This document shows positions 54,144-63,563 of a stretch of DNA of 64,000 bases, one piece after another. Below the pieces are notes generated by a model. It was not told the origin of the DNA, did not search any database, and worked only from the letters and a program-made list of their open reading frames with translations. Each line of letters begins with the position of its first letter. The stretch's first letter is position 1. The position numbers and the translations under genes were made by a program. Origin of the DNA: a virus; IMG/VR virus record IMGVR_UViG_3300020176_000008, positions 32,608-96,607 of that record; one strand, written 5' to 3'.

Positions 54144-54821
54144 ATGAAAAAAACTGCGATGTCAGCTGAGGAAAAAACAGTATTTAATATGCTGAATACA
54201 GGTTATATACAACCAAAACCTATTGCACAATTCTACGAGTTGTATATTACCGGCGATATTGAAGAGGCTTCCGCGTACATCCCATGGTTCGATATGATTC
54301 GTCATGCGGATGAGGGTGATGTTGTTAAGTTGTACATCAATTCGTATGGTGGTGATTTATTCACTGCGATTCAATTCTTGCGAGTACTATCCGAGACTAA
54401 CGCGACAGTGATTGCTTCAGTAGAAGGTGCTTGTATGAGTGCCGCAACAATGATTTTCTTAGGATGTTCACAATTTGAAGTGACTCCTCATTCAGTCTTT
54501 ATGTTCCATAATTACTCAGGTGGAACATTTGGTAAGGGTGGTGAGATGATCGATCAGTTGCAACATGAACGTAAATGGTCCGAAGGCCTTATGAATGAGA
54601 TCTACCGCGATTTCTTGTCACCGGAAGAGATCCAGAACATGTTAAATAACCGTGATTACTGGATGGATGGTATTGAGGTAGCCAAACGGTTAACTCGAAG
54701 GAATGACATCCTGAACGGAAAAACGAAAGCTACTGAAGTGAAAGCTAAGGAAAAACGTAAACCTGCCACCAAAACCGCACCTAAACCTCCGGTTACACCA
54801 GTAGATAGTACTAAAAAGTAA
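54144..54821 (+). CDS. ClpP-like serine protease
   Basis: YINSYGGD, CMSAAT (Ser), MFHN (His), DYWM (Asp). Confidence 0.85.
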   Translation: MKKTAMSAEEKTVFNMLNTGYIQPKPIAQFYELYITGDIEEASAYIPWFDMIRHADEGDVVKLYINSYGGDLFTAIQFLRVLSETNATVIASVEGACMSAATMIFLGCSQFEVTPHSVFMFHNYSGGTFGKGGEMIDQLQHERKWSEGLMNEIYRDFLSPEEIQNMLNNRDYWMDGIEVAKRLTRRNDILNGKTKATEVKAKEKRKPATKTAPKPPVTPVDSTKK

Positions 54822-54865
54822 TACTTTAGTACTATATGTACATTAATCGTATATTGTGGTATAAT
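54819..54865 (+). promoter_or_regulatory. Early-type promoter with upstream palindrome
   Basis: TAATACTTTAGTACTA, TGTACA (54837-54842), 17 nt, TATAAT. Confidence 0.8.
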
Positions 54866-54891
54866 AGTACCATCACAACGATTAATGTACT

Positions 54892-55125
54892 ATGGCAAAT
54901 ATACACTTCCTTAGAAAGATAGCAGTAGACGAGTTATGGGATACCATGTTCTTTGCTACCGGTCAACGTCCGGTCAAAGAAAAAACCCCTAACTTTTATA
55001 TCCTGAAAGCCGATAACCTTGAGCTGAAGATTCATTCTACTCGCAAGGTTATCGTCAACGGTGACACATGTCGTTCGGTACATGAAGCAAAGTATGTTGT
55101 AGCGGAGATCCTTTCATTATGTTAA
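54892..55125 (+). CDS. Hypothetical protein
   Basis: First ORF after promoter. Confidence 0.55.
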   Translation: MANIHFLRKIAVDELWDTMFFATGQRPVKEKTPNFYILKADNLELKIHSTRKVIVNGDTCRSVHEAKYVVAEILSLC

Positions 55126-55460
55126 TTTACACGCATCAACGTTCTAAGAAAAAAGCACGTAAACCCACCGCAGCTCAACGCGAGCTAGCAGCTTCTTGGG
55201 ATGCTATCATGAATACGCATAAGCCCAAAAAACAAGTGGTATCAAAATCCGACTCATGGTCGTATTCTCTAGCGGCACCTCCAGGACGAGCCGCAACTAC
55301 TAAGCACAAATCCGTCGATACTGGTGGATTTGCAGCTAAAAAAGAATCTCCAAAATACACGGGCAGTAAAATGATTGGTATTGGAACTTTGCATAAGTCC
55401 AACGCCGTACCAGTATTTTGTGACGAAGAAGCCAAAGCAATGGCTAACATGCGCCGATAA
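55119..55460 (+). CDS. Conserved basic hypothetical protein
   Basis: YTG..MIGIGTLHKSNAVPVF. Confidence 0.7.
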   Translation: MLIYTHQRSKKKARKPTAAQRELAASWDAIMNTHKPKKQVVSKSDSWSYSLAAPPGRAATTKHKSVDTGGFAAKKESPKYTGSKMIGIGTLHKSNAVPVFCDEEAKAMANMRR

Positions 55461-55484
55461 ATCTTATTTGTGATATAATACACT

Positions 55485-55742
55485 ATGAACTACCGTAAAG
55501 AACTATCCGAAGCATTCATTGACCGTGATGCAGTTACATTAACCGAACTTAAGAACAAGCTTGTTGAAGATACCATCTTTTTAGATCAGTGGTTCGATGT
55601 CTTCATTGACAAGTTCTCAGATCTTATGGATACAGAAAAGCAAACTGCTCCAGTATGGAAAAAGTACTACCAACGATTTGATGAGTATAGTGATCTTAAG
55701 ATTCAATTAAACACAGTGGAATATTATTTACAAAATGTCTGA
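55485..55742 (+). CDS. Hypothetical protein
   Basis: Coupled to gene 33. Confidence 0.6.
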   Translation: MNYRKELSEAFIDRDAVTLTELKNKLVEDTIFLDQWFDVFIDKFSDLMDTEKQTAPVWKKYYQRFDEYSDLKIQLNTVEYYLQNV

Positions 55743-55989
55743 AAATCTAGAAACAGAAGCCGAACAACCATTGTTTAAGAGTGCATCACAGTTTTCAATG
55801 TATATTGAGAAGTCTGCGATAGCAAACCGAATGAGTCACATGGATGCAGTAATACAATATTGTGCTGACAACTATGTTGACCCAGATGATATTAAACACC
55901 TAATCAACAAGTCTCTAAAAGACAAGATTGAAGTTGATATGATTAATGAGAACATGCTACCAAAGCGTGCAACACTAGATATTGAATAA
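55735..55989 (+). CDS. 33: Late-transcription co-activator gp33
   Basis: FSMYIE...HMDAVIQYC...LINKSLKDKIE; position before 59 and 32. Confidence 0.85.
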   Translation: MSENLETEAEQPLFKSASQFSMYIEKSAIANRMSHMDAVIQYCADNYVDPDDIKHLINKSLKDKIEVDMINENMLPKRATLDIE

Positions 55990-56609
55990 TGGACGGATTT
56001 AAAGCATACAAATACTTTATGGCGGTGAGGTTACACTTCACTACTGATAAGTATGACGTATTCGAAAGTGGTGGAAGAGTAATGGGCTCTCGATCCACAT
56101 TCGATAAAAGAAGGGATCGAGGATTGTTTGAGAAGCTTGCAGAAAAGTTTTCATCAGACAAAGACTTGATTCAGTTCTTTGTTGCTAACTTTGCATACGG
56201 TAATAATGGAGTCGTTTACTCAAGCGAATCACATGACCTATACGAATCTTGGCAAAACAGAAAGCAGTCTATCACACGTAGTTTTGAGGTCGATCTGATC
56301 GCACTATCACGAGTATTGGAGACTGAACGCAAACCATATGAATATTTGTTCGACACGGAAGATTGCTCTCCTCCTTTGTTGAATCTATATTTGAGTAAGG
56401 CAATATCATTGGAGACTATGTCTATCATCAATGATCTAGATCCTTATCTTGACAAATGGGAACCGTTAATCATGTTATGGAAAGACGAATTTAGAATCAT
56501 TCGAAAAGTTCGAAAGTTCGTAAAATATAATGAAAATGTGATACAATCAAAATATCAATCATTTAAAGAGGAGTTTTTGGAGCCAGATCATGGGACGCAC
56601 ATACACTAA
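55989..56609 (+). CDS. 59: Helicase loader gp59
   Basis: AYKYFMAVRLHF...YD...FVANF...ISLET. Confidence 0.88.
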   Translation: MDGFKAYKYFMAVRLHFTTDKYDVFESGGRVMGSRSTFDKRRDRGLFEKLAEKFSSDKDLIQFFVANFAYGNNGVVYSSESHDLYESWQNRKQSITRSFEVDLIALSRVLETERKPYEYLFDTEDCSPPLLNLYLSKAISLETMSIINDLDPYLDKWEPLIMLWKDEFRIIRKVRKFVKYNENVIQSKYQSFKEEFLEPDHGTHIH

Positions 56610-56790
56610 TCAACGCGAATACGATGACCGCGATGCCCCGCGTAAAATTAAGGCAAAGCCACCAAAGCATTCGCGAAATATTTCAGGCAAAGGCATGCGT
56701 GTTATAAATAGTATGTCAGATGATGATTTCGATTTACAAGAATCAAATGAAACTAATGACAAATACGACGAATATACATCGACAACATAA
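56590..56790 (+). CDS. Small hypothetical protein
   Basis: GGAG RBS; between 59 and 32. Confidence 0.5.
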   Translation: MGRTYTNQREYDDRDAPRKIKAKPPKHSRNISGKGMRVINSMSDDDFDLQESNETNDKYDEYTSTT

Positions 56791-56812
56791 CGTTAATACA
56801 AAGGAAAATAAA

Positions 56813-57718
56813 ATGGATATCAATACACTTCGCAAAATGCGCAATTCAGACTTCGGTAAAATTGCTACAGCATTTGATAATGACTCTGGACCAGGCGGTG
56901 AAAAGAAGTCATATAAAGACGATCGCTTCTGGAAACTGGAAGCCGATAAAGCAGGTAACGCAACAGCCGTTATCCGATTCCTGCCTCGTCACCAGGAAGA
57001 TGAACTACCTTGGGTTAAAGTTTGGAACCACGGTTTCCAAGGACCTACAGGCAAATGGTACATCGAAAATTCCCTTACAACCATTGGTAAAGATGATCCA
57101 GTATCAGAGTTGAATTCACGTCTGTGGAATTCAGGTATTGATTCTGACAAGGATGTTGCACGCAAGCAAAAGCGTCGTTTGCAATATACCGCCAATATCT
57201 TGGTTATCTCTGATCCTAAGCATCCAGAGAATGAGGGTCAAGTGTTCTTGTTTAAGTTTGGTAAAAAGATCTTCGATAAGCTCATGGATAAAGCTAAACC
57301 AACTTTTGAAGATGAAGATCCAATCAACGTGTTTGATTTGTGGGAAGGCGCTAACTTTAAATTGCGTATGCGCAAGGTTGAAGGTTATCCTAACTACGAT
57401 CAATCCACATTCTCAGAGCCTTGTCCAGTTGCTGATAACGATGAGGATATTCTAGCTGTTGTTAACAAGCAATATGCTCTGAAAGAATTCTTGGATCCAG
57501 CAAACTTCAAGTCTTACGACGAACTATCTAAGAAGTTGCAATCGGTTCTTAATGCCGCTCCTGCTCCAGCAATGACTGCTGAAAGTATGGATGAGGATGA
57601 AGCACCATGGACTGAGCCTAAGTCTGCACCTATTAATAAGGTCGTGGCTAGTTCTTCCGCTGATGATGACGATGAGGATGCGATGAGCTTCTTTAAGAAG
57701 ATTGCTCAAGAAGACTAA
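56813..57718 (+). CDS. 32: Single-stranded DNA-binding protein gp32
   Basis: DDRFWK, AVIRFLP, HGFQGPTGKWYIENS, FGKKIFDK, NYDQSTF, acidic tail. Confidence 0.96.
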   Translation: MDINTLRKMRNSDFGKIATAFDNDSGPGGEKKSYKDDRFWKLEADKAGNATAVIRFLPRHQEDELPWVKVWNHGFQGPTGKWYIENSLTTIGKDDPVSELNSRLWNSGIDSDKDVARKQKRRLQYTANILVISDPKHPENEGQVFLFKFGKKIFDKLMDKAKPTFEDEDPINVFDLWEGANFKLRMRKVEGYPNYDQSTFSEPCPVADNDEDILAVVNKQYALKEFLDPANFKSYDELSKKLQSVLNAAPAPAMTAESMDEDEAPWTEPKSAPINKVVASSSADDDDEDAMSFFKKIAQED

Positions 57719-57746
57719 AAAAAAGGGGCCGCAAGGCCCCTTTTTT
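57719..57746. terminator. Bidirectional terminator between convergent blocks
   Basis: A tract-GGGGCC-GCAA-GGCCCC-T tract. Confidence 0.92.
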
Positions 57747-57747
57747 A

Positions 57748-60441
57748 TTACCAAGCAGCTTTAGTAATATACTTACCAAACGACTTGTCTTGATTGCGCG
57801 TGGTCTTTGACATACCAACATTCGTGCTACTATTATTGTTTTGTACATTAGTCGGAGCACTAACTACCACTGCTTGTTGCTGCTTTTTACCTGAAGCTTC
57901 AGCATTCTGAGCTGACGGGGTTGATATATCTGCACCAGGTACTGATGATCTAGACTTGAGTGCATTATCACGTGACCTATCTGCAATATCAGATTGCATT
58001 ACTTTACTTGGTGGCTTGATTTCTCCACTTCCCACCTTATCACGATATAACATGTGCGCACGGCTTCTAGCTGCACGTTTGCTAGCTAGTGTAGCACCCT
58101 TCTTCTGTTCTTTATAAAGCTTCTGCCATTCTGGAGTCTTTTCTGCTTCACTTGCGATATACCCAGACATACCAAATGTTTTCGGCCTATTCAGGGTAGA
58201 AGTACTTTTTGAAGCATCACTTGGAGCCGGCTGGACCGCTTCTCGTGTTTCCATTGCGCTATCGGCCTTAGCTTCTTTTTGCATTGAAACTGACTCGTCG
58301 CTTTTCTCTTGAGAGCTTACTGCCTTTTCTGCAGCCTTCTTACCTTTGTACTTAGCCATTGCTTCAGCCCAAGCTTCAGCTTCAGCTTCTCGCGCAATAT
58401 TCTTGCGTGCTATGGTAGACATTCTACCCTTATATTTCTTTGCCTTCTCGTTGATAAGCTCGTTTTTACGCTTCTGGAATTCTTCGTAAGCTTTAGGATC
58501 ATTTTTACGCATGTCAATCGACATTTCAGCGTCACTCATTTCTCCAGATGCGTTAGGCTTCCAGCCAACAGTCTTAGTTCTGCCAGATCCGCCAGACTTA
58601 CTAACAGCACCACCGCTAGCATCAGTTCTAGCAGAGCCAATGGCTTTGCCTAATGCAACGATCTTTTCATTTGGTAATTTGCTGATTGCCTTTAATTGAT
58701 CTTCGTCAATATCTTTAAACTGACGCAATCCTTCTGCAAGAACTGTAATACCTTCACCAGCAGCCTGAACACCTGGACCAACTCTACCGATCTCGATCAG
58801 CTGTTCTACTGGTGATTTCTGACCACCGATTGCAGACAACAATCCGGATACTAAGTTAGTGACGCCTCCCACAGCATTTGCTGCACCAAATGCAACCATT
58901 GCAGCTGATAGTGCAGTCAATCCACCTGCCACGCTAAATAGATTAGATCCATCTACATCATTTAATTTTAGTATATTAGTTGCGAACGTTTCAAAAGCGT
59001 CGGCCGCTAGGTTTGCTGCGTATCCAAATGGTACTAGCGCAACACCTAATGCTCCAATAGCAAGAGCACCGGTAAACATTAATGGAGCTAGTGATCCCAT
59101 GATAGCTCCTGCGGCACCTAATGCAGTAATAGATATTGCCGCCTTGCCAAGATCTTCCCATGATAAATCACTGAATGTCTTAAGTGCGGCACCAACTCCA
59201 TACAAAGCTAAAGCCATTGCACCAAGTCCTAATGCACCTTTCAGCATCGTACCAATATTTCTACCCATCAGCTCGCCGACAGCAACTAATCCTGCTAATG
59301 CAATAGTCGCTTTTCCAATCGATCCCCAATCGACTTCGTTAAATCCCTTAAGAGCTTTTGATAATACCCATAAAGCACCGGCAAATGCAGCGATACCTGC
59401 TGCCGCCTTTAGCATATTTTTAAAACCACCTTTATCAAAGAAATTATTGAAGCTAGATCCAAAGCCGCCGCCAGATCCACCAGCTCCACCACCCGCTGTG
59501 CCCTTTCCACCAGAACCTCCGCCTTTGGAAATTTCTTCTCCATTAGCAGTCGCGCGAGTATTCTCTTCGATCTTTCCTAACAATGTAATTTGTTCATTGC
59601 GCCAGTCAGCATGTTCTCTTTCGGCTTCTGCTGCAGACGTCCCCTTTGGACGATCTGTGCCGGGTCCTTTCCAACCTGGTTCAAGACCTCCAGTTTTATT
59701 TTCAGTTCCTGTTTTGTCGCCACGATCAATAAGATCCTTCATTCTAGGATCTGCATTGCTCATCGTATTTGCCAACTCCTGGCGTATTGCTAGGAGTCCA
59801 GTCTTACCAATATCTTCGTCATTATATCCACGATCCTTTAGCGCTTTAATCTTCTTTTCATTGGCACGCATCTTGCGCGATGTTGCCTGTTGTATTCTAA
59901 ATTCGCTAGCCGCTTCAGCTTCTGATTTTGAAGGATCGATCATTTTCTGATCTTTGATGTAATCCAATTTAGACTGTCTACGGTTAAGGGCCGTAGAAAT
60001 AATACCACCTGAATCTCCCTTTACCATGCCGGTTTTATTTGCAAAACCTTTTAGCGTGAAAAAGTCTTTTACATTATCTTTAATTCCGCCAATACGTTCA
60101 CCAATGGTTTTATATTGATCACGACCAAGTGCCGTGCTAGTAATGTTGGCGGCACTACCACTAGTAAGAGCTTTGCCTAAAAACCCAGACTGCTTCTGTG
60201 TTTCATTAAGAAGCTTTCCCATGTTGGTATTGACTTTGTCGAATAAGCCAACTAGTTTTTCCATCTTCGAATTCATGGATATGCTAACCGCAACACCCGC
60301 CTGAGTGCTAAGAAGGCTTTCCCGCTGTTTATTCTCCTGAGCAGAGGTTAGAATGGAATTAGTTTTTGCGGCACGTTGGATGCCGGCAGATCTATCCACA
60401 GCAGACAAGCTTGTTCTTTGCTTTTCTAATAAGGCTTTCAT
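57748..60441 (-). CDS. Tape-measure/baseplate hub protein (gp29-like)
   Basis: Long Ala/Gly-rich helical protein with periodic aromatics, downstream of 26/51. Confidence 0.6.
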   Translation of the reverse strand: MKALLEKQRTSLSAVDRSAGIQRAAKTNSILTSAQENKQRESLLSTQAGVAVSISMNSKMEKLVGLFDKVNTNMGKLLNETQKQSGFLGKALTSGSAANITSTALGRDQYKTIGERIGGIKDNVKDFFTLKGFANKTGMVKGDSGGIISTALNRRQSKLDYIKDQKMIDPSKSEAEAASEFRIQQATSRKMRANEKKIKALKDRGYNDEDIGKTGLLAIRQELANTMSNADPRMKDLIDRGDKTGTENKTGGLEPGWKGPGTDRPKGTSAAEAEREHADWRNEQITLLGKIEENTRATANGEEISKGGGSGGKGTAGGGAGGSGGGFGSSFNNFFDKGGFKNMLKAAAGIAAFAGALWVLSKALKGFNEVDWGSIGKATIALAGLVAVGELMGRNIGTMLKGALGLGAMALALYGVGAALKTFSDLSWEDLGKAAISITALGAAGAIMGSLAPLMFTGALAIGALGVALVPFGYAANLAADAFETFATNILKLNDVDGSNLFSVAGGLTALSAAMVAFGAANAVGGVTNLVSGLLSAIGGQKSPVEQLIEIGRVGPGVQAAGEGITVLAEGLRQFKDIDEDQLKAISKLPNEKIVALGKAIGSARTDASGGAVSKSGGSGRTKTVGWKPNASGEMSDAEMSIDMRKNDPKAYEEFQKRKNELINEKAKKYKGRMSTIARKNIAREAEAEAWAEAMAKYKGKKAAEKAVSSQEKSDESVSMQKEAKADSAMETREAVQPAPSDASKSTSTLNRPKTFGMSGYIASEAEKTPEWQKLYKEQKKGATLASKRAARSRAHMLYRDKVGSGEIKPPSKVMQSDIADRSRDNALKSRSSVPGADISTPSAQNAEASGKKQQQAVVVSAPTNVQNNNSSTNVGMSKTTRNQDKSFGKYITKAAW

Positions 60442-60632
60442 TGATTTTGTCTTTCTAGTCGTAGTCGTTCTTCCTCCAGATACTGTAATAATAAGCTTAC
60501 GTAAATCTCACGTTCAAAGGGTATCATAGATTCTAATTCTTCCAAACTATATTTATGATACTGCATCATGGCAAACGTACTTTTATAATAGCTTGCCAGC
60601 GTTTCATGATAAAGGTTTATTAAAAAAAACTG
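60438..60632 (-). CDS. 51: gp51-like baseplate hub assembly protein frame (no ATG before the conserved region; not in ORF track)
   Basis: LYHETLASYYKSTFAMMQYHKYSLEELESMIPFEREIYVSLLLQYLEEE; first ATG only at 60569. Confidence 0.8.
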   Translation of the reverse strand, partial: QFFLINLYHETLASYYKSTFAMMQYHKYSLEELESMIPFEREIYVSLLLQYLEEERLRLERQNQ

Positions 60633-61333
60633 TCGAGCCCTTTTATTACTAGTTCATGGTGGTGATTACATACTGGGCAATCAAATTTGATGTCTTGCTC
60701 CAGTTTAGGCATGGTTTCAAAGAAACTTTGAATTTTTGCAAACTGATCTTGTGTTAAATTCTCAATGAACTGAACTAGATCCTCTTTTGATTGTTCTTTA
60801 GATGCATACACTGTATCTGAATCATAAATGTATTCGATAGAATCTACGATAATGTCAAAAATTAATTCAACATTTCCTGCATTAAAGTCTTCTGTCTTCT
60901 TTAGCATCGCTAAACCTGGATAGTTCATCTTAACGCCAACACTATCAGATAGCTTAATTAAGCTGACGTGATCGGGATCAAACTTCACGTTTAACTTGGT
61001 TAAGTCAATTGGTATCTGAACCTTGGCTTTGTCATCGTTACATTCGGTGCATGAAAACACCGGTTCAACAACCTCACCAACAGATCTTGCACGTAGTTGG
61101 CAAAAGATATATTCAATATCAAATACTGCTAAAGTGTCTACATCGAGCTTTTCAAATGTACATGCCCTAATGACAGACTTAATAGTCTCGAGCATAGTAC
61201 TTGCTTCTTCGCTCTCTTGAGCAATAAGCAAAGCTTTTTCTTCCTTCACAAGGAAAGGTCTGAATTTAATCTTTTCCTTTGTGGATGGTACAGTCAATTC
61301 GTACGTTGGGGTGTTTATAATAGGTAAAGCCAC
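60620..61333 (-). CDS. 26: Baseplate hub assembly protein gp26
   Basis: MALP..TPTYEL..PS...FRPFLVKEEK.LL, LRARSVGE, CxxC pairs, GLDSFF end. Confidence 0.9.
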   Translation of the reverse strand: MALPIINTPTYELTVPSTKEKIKFRPFLVKEEKALLIAQESEEASTMLETIKSVIRACTFEKLDVDTLAVFDIEYIFCQLRARSVGEVVEPVFSCTECNDDKAKVQIPIDLTKLNVKFDPDHVSLIKLSDSVGVKMNYPGLAMLKKTEDFNAGNVELIFDIIVDSIEYIYDSDTVYASKEQSKEDLVQFIENLTQDQFAKIQSFFETMPKLEQDIKFDCPVCNHHHELVIKGLDSFF

Positions 61334-61334
61334 A

Positions 61335-61775
61335 TCAATCTCCTCTTCTCATATTTTCGATCATTTTACTAAGTTCAGTTGTACTTCCAACAAATATAGC
61401 ATTATTAGTTACATTTCCACCTGCTTGCGCTGTGGTTTGTTCTGTTTTCCCTCTAGATTCTAACTCCTGTCTCTTCGTATGAAGATCCACAAGTTGGTGA
61501 TTAATATCGGATAGTTGTTTCATTAAACCTCCGACCACTTCGAACGCCCTAGGATGCTCAGAGCTCTGAGCAACTTCCAATGCATGTTCTAATGCAGTTT
61601 TTCCCTTGTTAAGAAGGGCATAAAGATTATTACGAGTATTCTCATAATCATCATCTATCTTGGTTTCTTTAACGACCTCTGGAGTCGTTTCAGTATAATC
61701 AACGATCTCCGTATTCTTACCTTGTATAGGTTCAACGTCAAAGACGCTACTCAAATTTTTATCAAGTTTACTCAT
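61335..61775 (-). CDS. 16: Terminase small subunit gp16
   Basis: DDYENTRNNL...EHPRAFEV...NNAIFVGST.EL. Confidence 0.85.
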   Translation of the reverse strand: MSKLDKNLSSVFDVEPIQGKNTEIVDYTETTPEVVKETKIDDDYENTRNNLYALLNKGKTALEHALEVAQSSEHPRAFEVVGGLMKQLSDINHQLVDLHTKRQELESRGKTEQTTAQAGGNVTNNAIFVGSTTELSKMIENMRRGD

Positions 61776-61790
61776 ATTTAAAAACCATAG

Positions 61791-62525
61791 TTATGGGGCA
61801 ATAGATAACGGATCAGTCCAAAGAGGTTCTAGTCTCTGTGGTGCGGTGTAGAATGAAGATACTATCTGTTCTGGTTTAGCACTAGTACTATATATTGTAG
61901 ATTGATAATCCACGAAATTGTTAACGAATGCGTCTTTGCCTAAAGCTGGTAGTGTATCAACAACAGTAGCATTTCCCACGGAAGTTGATGCACTATTGGC
62001 TGATTCAAACCATTCGTATTGCATAGTAACACTTAACTTCATGATATCCCTGTTTGCATAGTCCAATTGAACTGCACCAATATTTTTTGGAAATGCATTA
62101 AACAATGTGGTAGTATAAACAGGAGCATTAGATGTGTCATACACATGGATAGACATCTGAGGACATATGTAATCAGATGGATAGTTAAAATCACGAGTAG
62201 TAATTGACTGTACAGATTCAACCCATACGTCAAACATTCTCTTGATTAACAAATCTTTATCCATATAAAATGTCAATGTGACAGGTTCAAATATTCTCTC
62301 ATAGGCAACTTCTCTGGTTTCTCCATATGAACGAACCGGGTTAGTTCCGAAAGATGTTCCTGGTAATTGCGCAGTATCACACATCAACCTAATCATTCGA
62401 AGATTTGATAGGAACGGTTCTTGCCTTGAATTTAGTGTTGGAGGAGCATTTAACTCGACCAAGAATCGATTCGATTTAGACAGACCGCTAGCGCGGATGT
62501 TGCTTTTAAATTCTTGTATACTCAT
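61791..62525 (-). CDS. 54: Baseplate tail-tube initiator (gp54/gp19 fold)
   Basis: GL...NRFLV...CDTAQLPG...LFNAFP...L.VTMQYEW. Confidence 0.75.
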   Translation of the reverse strand: MSIQEFKSNIRASGLSKSNRFLVELNAPPTLNSRQEPFLSNLRMIRLMCDTAQLPGTSFGTNPVRSYGETREVAYERIFEPVTLTFYMDKDLLIKRMFDVWVESVQSITTRDFNYPSDYICPQMSIHVYDTSNAPVYTTTLFNAFPKNIGAVQLDYANRDIMKLSVTMQYEWFESANSASTSVGNATVVDTLPALGKDAFVNNFVDYQSTIYSTSAKPEQIVSSFYTAPQRLEPLWTDPLSIAP

Positions 62526-63103
62526 CTCTTAATAGACTCCGTCCAAATTTTGTTTTTATTATTTCCCACAAATCTTTCAACTGGCAGCATCATTGCTGTA
62601 TGCCAATCTGATGGTGCAACTTCAATAAATTGCGATTCTACGTGACCCATCAAATAGTGTTTAACACATGGAGCAGCAAACTTAAACTTAGAGGCTCCTG
62701 ATATTAAGTTCCACGAGTATTTAATCTTGGTGGTCTCATCAAAATTTTTATTATTGGCAAACTGCATCAATCTAGTCATTAGTTGAACTCTATGCCAATG
62801 CGGCAAATAGTGCATATTCAATCCCATGAAACCATCCTTTGATTTCTGGTATGGAAATACTAATGGGAAAGTGTCGTAATGCGCTAGAGTGTCCTTTGTT
62901 TTAGGATCATAATAAAACATATACAACTTACCAGGCATAACTCTAGAAGTCAATCTTTGCTCTGAGAAAAGCTTTCTCTCTTGTAATCGTTTAACACCCA
63001 ATACTCTGGCCTGTTGCTGAAACCAAGTCTTGGAATTGTCAGCGATACTCCTATCGTATTGGTACTTTACGAAATAAGAATTTAAATCTTGTGGATTCTT
63101 CAT
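62522..63103 (-). CDS. 2: DNA end protector gp2
   Basis: GKLYMFYYDPK...YDTFPLV...GLNMHYLP...CVKHYL. Confidence 0.92.
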   Translation of the reverse strand: MKNPQDLNSYFVKYQYDRSIADNSKTWFQQQARVLGVKRLQERKLFSEQRLTSRVMPGKLYMFYYDPKTKDTLAHYDTFPLVFPYQKSKDGFMGLNMHYLPHWHRVQLMTRLMQFANNKNFDETTKIKYSWNLISGASKFKFAAPCVKHYLMGHVESQFIEVAPSDWHTAMMLPVERFVGNNKNKIWTESIKR

Positions 63104-63522
63104 TTAATACCTAGTTCTCTTTCGGTTATAATAATAAATTCCCAGCCCCTACGCTCTGCGTAATCTCTTGCATATTGCCATTTGGCTTGGTTTACCAAAT
63201 ACGTTTGAGCTTCGGCCAGAAACCTTTTTGTACGTTTAGTACTTTCCGGCTTCCGGGTCTGGGCTTCAGGTTTAATCTCAACAAGGAACGTTTTACCTCC
63301 CTTGGTCTGTATTCTAAAGTCAACAAAATAACGATGTGGTTTGTTATCTATTGGAGAGATATACGGAACAATAGTTTCTTCTGATGACCATTTAACTATA
63401 TCTGGATTCTTGTCACACCAAAGCGCAAAGCGCGTTTCCCAACTAGATCGCATAACGATGTTGGTATAATCCCCTGCGTATTTCTCGGGGTATAATGGTT
63501 TGTATATCCGCTTGTGGTACAT
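63100..63522 (-). CDS. 4: Head completion nuclease gp4
   Basis: PEKYAGD...RSSWE...WSSEE...HRYFVDF...VEIKP...NQAKW; probable start 63522. Confidence 0.93.
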   Translation of the reverse strand: MYHKRIYKPLYPEKYAGDYTNIVMRSSWETRFALWCDKNPDIVKWSSEETIVPYISPIDNKPHRYFVDFRIQTKGGKTFLVEIKPEAQTRKPESTKRTKRFLAEAQTYLVNQAKWQYARDYAERRGWEFIIITERELGIK

Positions 63523-63556
63523 ATAAATAGATATAGTCTTACTACTCTTATTTATA
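63522..63556. promoter_or_regulatory. Divergent, overlapping T4-type late promoters
   Basis: TATAAATA on + (63522-63529) and on - (63549-63556). Confidence 0.8.
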
Positions 63557-63563
63557 TACTCCA

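Noticed and set aside
279-55485. A MotA-box middle promoter class at isolated TGnTATAAT sites (e.g. near 279, 49915, 53503, 55472)
   Set aside because: No consistent -30 motif could be seen by eye
58859-59950. 363-aa plus-strand ORF
   Set aside because: Antisense shadow of the Ala/Gly-rich gp29-like gene; no RBS or domain signal
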